From NCBI GenBank assembly GCA_937858715.1, contig CALLZY010000042.1, positions 55,271 to 119,270 of the forward strand: 64,000 bases of DNA, written 5' to 3'. Positions 8,391 through 15,139 of the stretch are shown in pieces. The position numbers and the translations under genes are program-made. Position 1 is the stretch's first letter. Each line of letters opens with the position of its first letter. Under the pieces are notes generated by a model. The model was not told the origin of the DNA. It searched no databases and saw nothing but the letters and a program-made list of their open reading frames with translations. The stretch is from an uncultured Chitinophagaceae bacterium (lineage in GTDB: Bacteria > Bacteroidota > Bacteroidia > Chitinophagales > Chitinophagaceae).

Positions 8391-8443
8391 TTTTTTCGCC
8401 CGGCGTCTCCTGTGCTTCGGACTTGTGCCAGGCAGGGACACCG
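8391..8443 (-). repeat. Cassette-leader element, copy 3
   Basis: Minus strand CGGTGTCCCTGCCTGGCACAAGTCCGAAGCACAGGAGACGCCGGGCGAAAAAA, 8 nt before the ATG. Confidence 0.9.
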
Positions 8444-8489
8444 AGTCCGCTACACACAAGGCTGGTCAATGAGACTCGGCTGGGAAGAG
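8441..8489. repeat. Extension module A, copy 2
   Basis: Identical to 7821-7869. Confidence 0.95.
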
Positions 8490-8497
8490 AAAAAAAA

Positions 8498-9214
8498 CTA
8501 CCAAAAACTTAATAAATAATATACAAATGAGCCCCTCCCAAAACTATATTCCAATGTGTTAGTATATTCCGTGATTTCCTTTTTATTCGACATTTCTTTG
8601 GTCACAGTTTTTATTCGGTTATCAGAAAGAAATATTTCTTCACTTTGCCATGGGTGAAATGTGGAGTTCTGATAATAAGTGGTATCCCAAATACTCAAAT
8701 CTCTAAGATTCGAAATTTTCATCCTAATAATATTATAGCTTTCACAATGGATGCTTTTTGGGTGATTTGTATACTTATAACACCCAACAATATCGGCATA
8801 TTCTGAATCTTTACCTGAATGGACCTTGGCCATGTGAAAGACAGTACTGTCATTCTGCAGGATAATATAGTCGATCGTTTTTCTGCCACCCTGATATTCC
8901 CTGTCGATTGAGTTTTTTTGGGCAACCCATTTTCCATTTTTCCACTTTTTGAAAGCGATGTCGTTGCTTTTATTCTTATTAATCCAGGATTTTATTGTAA
9001 TAACTGTATCAGTTTTAATAATAGTTAACAGAGGGAAAGAAATCTTTTCCTCTGGTGAAAATTTTATTCCCCGAAGTTTGAATATGTCAAAATCTTTGTA
9101 GATTACTGATGTATCTCCGTTAGAGATATTCTGAATATTAACGCTGTTTTCGTAATCCTTACAGCTAAAGAGAAATATTCCACCTGTAATTATTAAACTA
9201 AGCCAGGATTTCAT
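8498..9214 (-). CDS. Hypothetical lipoprotein (cassette cargo)
   Basis: Lipobox IFLFSC followed by KDYE; AT-rich. Confidence 0.75.
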   Translation of the reverse strand: MKSWLSLIITGGIFLFSCKDYENSVNIQNISNGDTSVIYKDFDIFKLRGIKFSPEEKISFPLLTIIKTDTVITIKSWINKNKSNDIAFKKWKNGKWVAQKNSIDREYQGGRKTIDYIILQNDSTVFHMAKVHSGKDSEYADIVGCYKYTNHPKSIHCESYNIIRMKISNLRDLSIWDTTYYQNSTFHPWQSEEIFLSDNRIKTVTKEMSNKKEITEYTNTLEYSFGRGSFVYYLLSFW

Positions 9215-9231
9215 AATTTTTTATAGAAAAA

Positions 9232-9286
9232 TTTTTTACCCCGGCGTTTCCCGTCTTTCGGACTAGTGCCAGGCAGGGGCACCGGG
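9232..9286 (-). repeat. Cassette-leader element, copy 4
   Basis: Minus strand CCCGGTGCCCCTGCCTGGCACTAGTCCGAAAGACGGGAAACGCCGGGGTAAAAAA, ~17 nt before the ATG at 9214. Confidence 0.85.
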
Positions 9287-9359
9287 TTTTATGACTTCTT
9301 ACCTGAAATGAAGTTCCTAAACTTTCTCAATCGAAGCAAGTTTGGTTTCTTGTAAGACC
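9281..9359. repeat. Extension module B, copy 1 (79 bp, near-identical to 10259-10337)
   Basis: ACCGGGTTTTATGACTTCTTACCTGAAATGAAGTTCCTAAACTTTCT...GGTTTCTTGTAAGACC. Confidence 0.95.
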
Positions 9360-9489
9360 GGGATGATAAGGCACTAAACAAAATTCTGAAAGGCAAAACA
9401 GCTTGCATTTCTGCACCCAGTAAACGACATGTTTCAACAACTATATCCAACTATTTCGAGGCAATGCCTCTATTATACATCACTAAAAT

Positions 9490-10179
9490 CTATCTGTCTA
9501 TTTTGTTTTTCAACCTTTTAACTGATTTCTCAATTTGGCTTTTTATTTGACCTTTATATCCCATTATTTTTTTTTGCAAGAAAACAAGAGTATTAGTGTT
9601 GCCAATAATTGTAAGTGCATCTGCAACCTGTAATGGATGTTTGTCAAAAATCGGCAACAACAATTCCATCGTTTTCTCCTTTTCAAAATACTTTAGTGCA
9701 GCATAAACGAGCATTTCATTTTCTTTGGGCTGTTCGTCAGCGGTTAACTTTTCTTTTAGCCATTCTGAAATATTCATAGCCCGGCCAACTGCAACTGTAT
9801 TCGCTATCGCCCACTTTAAATTCGCAGAACTTTCTTGTGATTCAAATAATCTCATTAAAACAGTTCCATCAAATGGGAATTCGGCTTTTCCTAAAGCCCT
9901 TACAAGAGTTTCTTGAGAATTATGTTTATTATCAAGTTGAATAAGCCAATTTAGAATTATATCGGTAAGCCGACTATCAACTTTATCTAATTTTAATATA
10001 TCATCAGAATCGCTAATTTTTTTATATCCCTCCTTATGTAAACTTTCAATGAAAGGCTTTTCGATATTCCTTATCTCCAAAGTCTTTTTTATGCCCTCAC
10101 TTTCTTTTATTTTCAGCATTTGCTTGTATTCGCTATTTTCTTTAAACTTGCTTAAAAACTCATCTGCTTTCATAATCAT
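9490..10179 (-). CDS. HEAT/ARM-repeat-like hypothetical protein (cassette cargo)
   Basis: Helical repeats QETLVRALGK, LKWAIANTVA, QVADALTIIGN. Confidence 0.7.
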   Translation of the reverse strand: MIMKADEFLSKFKENSEYKQMLKIKESEGIKKTLEIRNIEKPFIESLHKEGYKKISDSDDILKLDKVDSRLTDIILNWLIQLDNKHNSQETLVRALGKAEFPFDGTVLMRLFESQESSANLKWAIANTVAVGRAMNISEWLKEKLTADEQPKENEMLVYAALKYFEKEKTMELLLPIFDKHPLQVADALTIIGNTNTLVFLQKKIMGYKGQIKSQIEKSVKRLKNKIDR

Positions 10180-10208
10180 TATTTAGTCAGGTATTATTTT
10201 TTAGACAA

Positions 10209-10264
10209 TTTTTTCGTCCTGCCGTCTCCCGTGCTGCTGACTTATGCCAGGCAGGGACACCGGG
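10209..10264 (-). repeat. Cassette-leader element, copy 5
   Basis: Minus strand CCCGGTGTCCCTGCCTGGCATAAGTCAGCAGCACGGGAGACGGCAGGACGAAAAAA, ~30 nt before the ATG at 10179. Confidence 0.85.
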
Positions 10265-10337
10265 TTTTATGACTTCTTACCTGAAATGAAGTTCCTAAAC
10301 TTTCTTAAATGAAGCAAGTTGGGTTTCTTGTAAGACC
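10259..10337. repeat. Extension module B, copy 2
   Basis: Near-identical to 9281-9359. Confidence 0.95.
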
Positions 10338-10351
10338 TGACAGTCAGACCA

Positions 10352-10380
10352 AACAAAAACCCCGGCGCAGGGCCGGGGTT
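10352..10380 (-). terminator. secG terminator
   Basis: Minus strand AACCCCGGC-cctgc-GCCGGGGTT-TTTGTTT. Confidence 0.85.
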
Positions 10381-10404
10381 GGAGTATGCTGTATTGCTAT
10401 ACGA

Positions 10405-10767
10405 TTATTTAGGAGGCTGCTGTTGTGCAGGGGCTGGTGTGGCCGGTGCTGTATTAGCAGGGGTGGTGTTCAGTGTTCCCGGTGCAGGTGCTGTTTGTGT
10501 GCTGGTTGGGGCACCTTTAATATCAATTGTTTTTTCAGTTGTCCGGTTGATGAACATTACCGAGATCATGCAGAGCAGTGCTACCACGCCGCCAAAGATC
10601 CAGGTGCCTTTTTCAAGTACATCGGTGGTTTGCTTCACACCCATAAACTGATTGCTGAAACCGGCAATGTTTCCGGAGAGGCCACCGCCTTTGGGGTTCT
10701 GTACCAATACAATAAGACCAAGGACCACACAGGCAACGATAATAAGTATTACAAAAAGAAGGTTCAT
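10405..10767 (-). CDS. secG: Preprotein translocase subunit SecG
   Basis: VLVQNPKGGGLSG..QFMGV..TTDVLEKGTW. Confidence 0.95.
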   Translation of the reverse strand: MNLLFVILIIVACVVLGLIVLVQNPKGGGLSGNIAGFSNQFMGVKQTTDVLEKGTWIFGGVVALLCMISVMFINRTTEKTIDIKGAPTSTQTAPAPGTLNTTPANTAPATPAPAQQQPPK

Positions 10768-11591
10768 ATCAGTTTCTTTAATTCGTCAATTTTGGCTGCA
10801 AAATAAGTGCTTTTGGCGGGTTCAAGCAAACTTAATTTGGTATAAATGGCAATGGCCCGCTGGGGGCTGCCCTGTTTTTCCCATACTTCGGCCATAGCCT
10901 CGGTAACCACTTCCTTGTCGTCCAGCGAATGTTCGGCCAGTTCTTCCACCTTTTTCTCCGAAACAGGGGCTACCTGTTGCGTTATTTCTGCCAGCGGCTG
11001 CTTTTTCAGGGTTTTGAGCCAGTCGGTAAAGCTGCGCAACTGCTGGCCAAATTTATCCTGCGGTTTATCGTCTTCCCTGAGTTTAATGCCCTGCGAGGCA
11101 AAATAATCAACTGTATGGTAGGGTTCAAAAAGCAGTTCGTTGCCGGTGGCAGGCTGTATAGTCATGTCGGCAAGGCTGATGGCTGTTGCAGCCAGCGGAG
11201 TTTCTTCTACGGGGGCATCAGTATCGTCTGCTGAGCCGGTAATAAGTTCGGGTTCAGCAGCGGGCTGTTCAGCAGGTATTGCTTCAACCAGTGCAGCAAT
11301 TTCTTCAACCGGTGATGTTGTTTCTTTTGCCGGAGCAGTTTCGGTGGCGCTGCCTTTGCCGGTAAGCAGGTAATCGGCCCACAACGGATTGCTGAAATGC
11401 AGCAGGGTGCGGTGCAACTGCTTTTGATACAGCTCTTCGTTTCCTCCCTGTAGTTTTTTAGCCAGCAACAGTTGGGCAGGGGCAAAGTATGGATAGCTTG
11501 CAGCCAGTTGCTGCAGTTCTTCGATACTGCATTGCTCAACAGATTCTTTTTGCAAAAGGGATTGTGCCAGCTGGCTGACTTCGGAATTCAT
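10764..11591 (-). CDS. Conserved Bacteroidota hypothetical protein (TPR-like C-terminus)
   Basis: YPYFAPAQLLL N-terminus; VVTEAMAEVWEKQG...AIAIYTKLSLLEPAKSTYFA C-terminus; usual neighbour of secG. Confidence 0.85.
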   Translation of the reverse strand: MNSEVSQLAQSLLQKESVEQCSIEELQQLAASYPYFAPAQLLLAKKLQGGNEELYQKQLHRTLLHFSNPLWADYLLTGKGSATETAPAKETTSPVEEIAALVEAIPAEQPAAEPELITGSADDTDAPVEETPLAATAISLADMTIQPATGNELLFEPYHTVDYFASQGIKLREDDKPQDKFGQQLRSFTDWLKTLKKQPLAEITQQVAPVSEKKVEELAEHSLDDKEVVTEAMAEVWEKQGSPQRAIAIYTKLSLLEPAKSTYFAAKIDELKKLI

Positions 11592-11611
11592 GGCGGCAAT
11601 TTACGCTTAGC

Positions 11612-12136
11612 TTACCAGTTTGAGAAAAGTTGGTTGAAAATTTCATCAGTCATCGTCCGGATCATTTCATCCTTGAGCGAACTTTCGGCCTGCTGCAGGG
11701 TTTGGTTTCCCTTAAAGTCAAAACCTTTTGAAACATCATGTTCGCTCACCTTATCGGCCTTACGGTCATTTAAAACAATATGAATGCCTACTGTAATTCT
11801 GTTGTTGGCGGCCTGCTGCCCGGAAATAGCCGATGTGCTGAGCGAATAATCCCTTATCTCGCAACTCAGTTCCCAGTCGGCATTGTCGTTATTGGTCTGC
11901 GACATTTTTGTTTGGGAAAGAAATTTCTGGCGCAGCTTTTCTGTTAATGCCGGGGCCAGTTGCGGGTTGATGTATTGCGCCCGGTTTTCAACCAGGTTGA
12001 TTTTAATTGTCTTGATAGAATCGGGAACAGAGGCATCACTGAATTTATAAATGCCGCAACCTGTGTTGGAAGCAACAGTTATAAATACTGCGATGGCAGC
12101 AGCCAGAACGAAAGCTATGCGGGTTAAATTTTTCAT
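11612..12136 (-). CDS. LptE-family lipoprotein
   Basis: Lipobox-like NTGC-GIYKFS; usual position after the sigma-54 activator in Bacteroidota. Confidence 0.75.
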   Translation of the reverse strand: MKNLTRIAFVLAAAIAVFITVASNTGCGIYKFSDASVPDSIKTIKINLVENRAQYINPQLAPALTEKLRQKFLSQTKMSQTNNDNADWELSCEIRDYSLSTSAISGQQAANNRITVGIHIVLNDRKADKVSEHDVSKGFDFKGNQTLQQAESSLKDEMIRTMTDEIFNQLFSNW

Positions 12137-13389
12137 TATTCTTCTATGTCGTATTCTTTCAGTTTGCGGTACAGGGTTCTTTCGCTGATGCCCAGGTCGA
12201 GAGCGGCATCTTTTCTTTTACCCTTGTGTTTTTTCAGCGCCTTAATGATCAGTTCTTTTTCCTTATCAATAATGTTCAGGCTTTCGTCCACTTCTACATG
12301 CTCCTGTATGTCGCTCATGCCGATGGTAACAGGCACAGCAGGCTGTGTAATGGTATTGCCCGCCTGGTTTTGCAATACCGGCTGCTGCATCATTACGGGT
12401 TGCAGCATATCGGTTTGTTTCAGTTCGTTGATAAAGGCCGGGTTTTGCTGCGCCAGTGCCGGGTTCTGCACCACATCCAAAAACATCCGCTTCAGTTCTG
12501 TTACATCTTTCTTCATATCAAAGAAAAGTTTGTAAAGGATTTCTCTTTCGTTGGCAAATTCATGGCTGCTCACATTGTTGGAGGCCAGCACAGGCAACCT
12601 GTTGTTGGAATAAGGCTGCAAAAACTTGCTCAGCACTTTGGCCGTTATCAGTTTGTCTTGTGAAAGAACTGAGATTTGCTCTGCAATATTCTTCAATTCC
12701 CGCACATTTCCGGGCCAGGGGTAGTTTATTAACAGTTGTTTCGCTTCGTCATCAAGCTGCACAGAAGCAGTTTTGTATTTGTTGGCAAAGTCAGCCGCAA
12801 ATTTCCTGAACAGCAGGTGAATGTCTTCGGGCCTGTCGTGCAGGGCAGGCACCCGGATAGGAACGGTGCTGAGGCGGTAATAAAGGTCTTCCCTGAACTT
12901 ACCGGATTGTACCTGCTGCAACAGGTCTTTATTAGTGGCGGCGATCACCCGCACATCAGTTTTCTGTGTTTTGGAAGAACCCACACGGATGAACTCACCG
13001 GTTTCAAGCACACGGAGCAATCTTGCCTGTGTGCCGAGGGGCAGTTCGCCTATTTCATCAAGAAAGATGGTGCCGCCGTTTACTGTTTCAAAATAACCTT
13101 TGCGGGCATCTACAGCACCGGTAAAGGAGCCTTTCTCGTGGCCGAACAATTCTGAATCGATAGTGCCTTCGGGTATTGCACCGCAGTTAACAGCAATGAA
13201 GGGGTTATGTTTCCGGGCAGAAAGGGAATGAATGATCTGCGAGAAAACTTCTTTACCCACACCGCTTTCACCATTAATTAAAACAGTAAGGTCGGTATTG
13301 GAAACCTGTGACGCCACCTGCAACGCATAGTTGAGGGCAGGGGAGTTACCAATAATGCCAAAACGGTTTTTTATACTTTGAATGTCCAT
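12136..13389 (-). CDS. Sigma-54-dependent Fis-family activator (AAA+ and HTH, no receiver domain)
   Basis: GESGVGKE, ELFGHEKGSFTGA, FLDEIGE, FREDLYYRL, WPGNVREL, LGISERTLYRKL. Confidence 0.93.
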   Translation of the reverse strand: MDIQSIKNRFGIIGNSPALNYALQVASQVSNTDLTVLINGESGVGKEVFSQIIHSLSARKHNPFIAVNCGAIPEGTIDSELFGHEKGSFTGAVDARKGYFETVNGGTIFLDEIGELPLGTQARLLRVLETGEFIRVGSSKTQKTDVRVIAATNKDLLQQVQSGKFREDLYYRLSTVPIRVPALHDRPEDIHLLFRKFAADFANKYKTASVQLDDEAKQLLINYPWPGNVRELKNIAEQISVLSQDKLITAKVLSKFLQPYSNNRLPVLASNNVSSHEFANEREILYKLFFDMKKDVTELKRMFLDVVQNPALAQQNPAFINELKQTDMLQPVMMQQPVLQNQAGNTITQPAVPVTIGMSDIQEHVEVDESLNIIDKEKELIIKALKKHKGKRKDAALDLGISERTLYRKLKEYDIEE

Positions 13390-13400
13390 CTTTATTTTTT

Positions 13401-13435
13401 TAATTATTAATTAATAATTACTAATTAATAATTTC
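13401..13435. repeat. Solo heptamer tract (5 x TAATTAN) overlapping the miaB stop
   Basis: taattat taattaa taattac taattaa taatttc. Confidence 0.6.
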
Positions 13436-14962
13436 TCCGATTAAGGTCGCCTGAGTACAATCGTCCACTCTCACATTTACATAGTCGCCTTTCTTTAATT
13501 CATAATTTCTTTTGGGAAACACCACCACCTTATTCTGCGAGTTTCTGCCCATCCAGTGTTCTTCGCTGCGCTTGCTGGTGTTTTCAATCAGTACCTTACA
13601 GGTTTTACCCAGGTCTTTCTGATTGCTCTCCAGCGACAGGCGGTTTTGCATATCCACAATTTCCTGCAGCCTTCTTTTCTTTACCTCAGTGGGCACATCA
13701 TCCTTATATCTCCTTTCAGCCAGTGTGCCGGGGCGTTCGCTGTAGAAGAACATATAGCTCATATCGTATTTGCTGTATTCCATAACACTCAGCGTATCCT
13801 GGTGGTCCTGTTCTTCTTCGGTACAGAAACCGGCAATAACATCTGAAGAAATACCGCAGTCGGGCATAATTTCCCGGATGCGGTCAACCCGGGCCATATA
13901 CCATTCACGGGTATAGGTTCTGTTCATCAGTTGCAACACTCTTGTAGAACCGCTTTGCACCGGCAGGTGAATGTATTTGCAGATATTTTCATGCTTCGCC
14001 ATGGTATGCAGCACATCATCCGTTATATCTTTTGGGTGAGAGGTAGAGAAGCGAACCCGCAGGTCGGGTGAAATAAGGGCCACCATTTCGAGAAGACGGG
14101 CAAAAGTAACTGCCTCCCTGCCCTCCAAAGGAGGGTTCTGAGAGCCTGATAAATCTGCAGCCGTTTTATCTATCGGAAACTTATTGCTTTCGGGTTCTGA
14201 AGCCCCTCCTGCGGAGGGATTTGGGGAGGCCTGATAATAATAGCTGTCCACATTCTGTCCCAGCAGTGTTACTTCCCGGTAGCCTTTTTCAAATACATCC
14301 CTGCATTCTGCTACAATACTTGCTGCATCGCGGCTTCTTTCACGGCCACGGGTAAAAGGTACCACACAGAAAGAACACATATTGTTGCATCCCCTCATAA
14401 TGCTGACAAAGGCACTTACACCATTTGAGTCTAACCGCACCGGTGAAATATCGGCATAGGTTTCTTCACGGCTCAGCAGTACGTTCACAGCCTTTTGACC
14501 TCCTTCGGCCTCGGCCACCAGTTCGGGAAGGGCACGGTAGGCATCCGGGCCTACAACGATGTCAACCAGCTTTTCTTCTTCCAGGAACTGCGACTTCAGT
14601 CTCTCGGCCATACATCCCAGCACACCCACCAGCATTCCTTTTTTCTTTGCCTTCAGCTTTTTGAATTCGGTGAGTCTTTTGCGGACAGTCTGCTCGGCTT
14701 TTTCCCTGATTGAGCAGGTGTTTACAAAAATCAGGTCGGCTTCTTCAATATTGCGGGTAGCGCCAAATCCTTCCTTATTAAGAATGGACGCCACGATTTC
14801 GCTGTCGGCAAAATTCATTGCACAGCCATAACTTTCTATAAAAAAACGCTTTTTATATTCGTTGGGGTCGTTCTGAAATGGGGCATAGGCTTCCCCTTGC
14901 CGGGATTCATCATGCTGGTCCCTGTTGCTCAGGGGAAACTTATCTGTCACTGTATCAATCAT
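13421..14962 (-). CDS. miaB: tRNA-2-methylthio-N6-dimethylallyladenosine synthase MiaB
   Basis: [33 protein letters not shown] radical SAM motif, C-terminal TRAM domain. Confidence 0.97.
   Translation of the reverse strand: MIDTVTDKFPLSNRDQHDESRQGEAYAPFQNDPNEYKKRFFIESYGCAMNFADSEIVASILNKEGFGATRNIEEADLIFVNTCSIREKAEQTVRKRLTEFKKLKAKKKGMLVGVLGCMAERLKSQFLEEEKLVDIVVGPDAYRALPELVAEAEGGQKAVNVLLSREETYADISPVRLDSNGVSAFVSIMRGCNNMCSFCVVPFTRGRERSRDAASIVAECRDVFEKGYREVTLLGQNVDSYYYQASPNPSAGGASEPESNKFPIDKTAADLSGSQNPPLEGREAVTFARLLEMVALISPDLRVRFSTSHPKDITDDVLHTMAKHENICKYIHLPVQSGSTRVLQLMNRTYTREWYMARVDRIREIMPDCGISSDVIAGFCTEEEQDHQDTLSVMEYSKYDMSYMFFYSERPGTLAERRYKDDVPTEVKKRRLQEIVDMQNRLSLESNQKDLGKTCKVLIENTSKRSEEHWMGRNSQNKVVVFPKRNYELKKGDYVNVRVDDCTQATLIGEIIN
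14112..14230. repeat. Palindromic REP-like element inserted in frame in miaB
   Basis: GCCTCCC...GGGAGGC termini; internal hairpins CCCTCC-aaa-GGAGGG (14121-14135) and CCCTCC-tgc-GGAGGG (14204-14218). Confidence 0.8.
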
Positions 14963-15139
14963 AAATCAATTTTGAGGGGCGAAAGCAGTTTGCAAATATA
15001 AAGCTAAGTGCGGATTTTGTGACAGTATGGCAGTTCCGGAATTGGAAATAACCGCCCATCATAATAAAAGGGATTTTATGGAATGGCGTCTAAATAGTTA
15101 GTTTCTTGACGGTTATCTTTACAACATAAACGGTTTACA

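Noticed and set aside
8383-8469. N-terminal extension of the 7846-8469 ORF
   Set aside because: It lies entirely within module A and the leader element; the start was moved to 8382
9360-9489. Possible gene remnant between module B and the HEAT-like gene
   Set aside because: A stop-free plus-strand frame exists, but it has no clear start and no recognisable motif
10209-10264. Hammerhead or HDV-like ribozyme in the cassette-leader element (GGACGAAA seen)
   Set aside because: No CUGANGA core, and I could not build the HDV nested pseudoknot in any copy
5697-10337. Classical integron attC array
   Set aside because: No RYYYAAC/GTTRRRY cores and no integrase; kept only as an analogy
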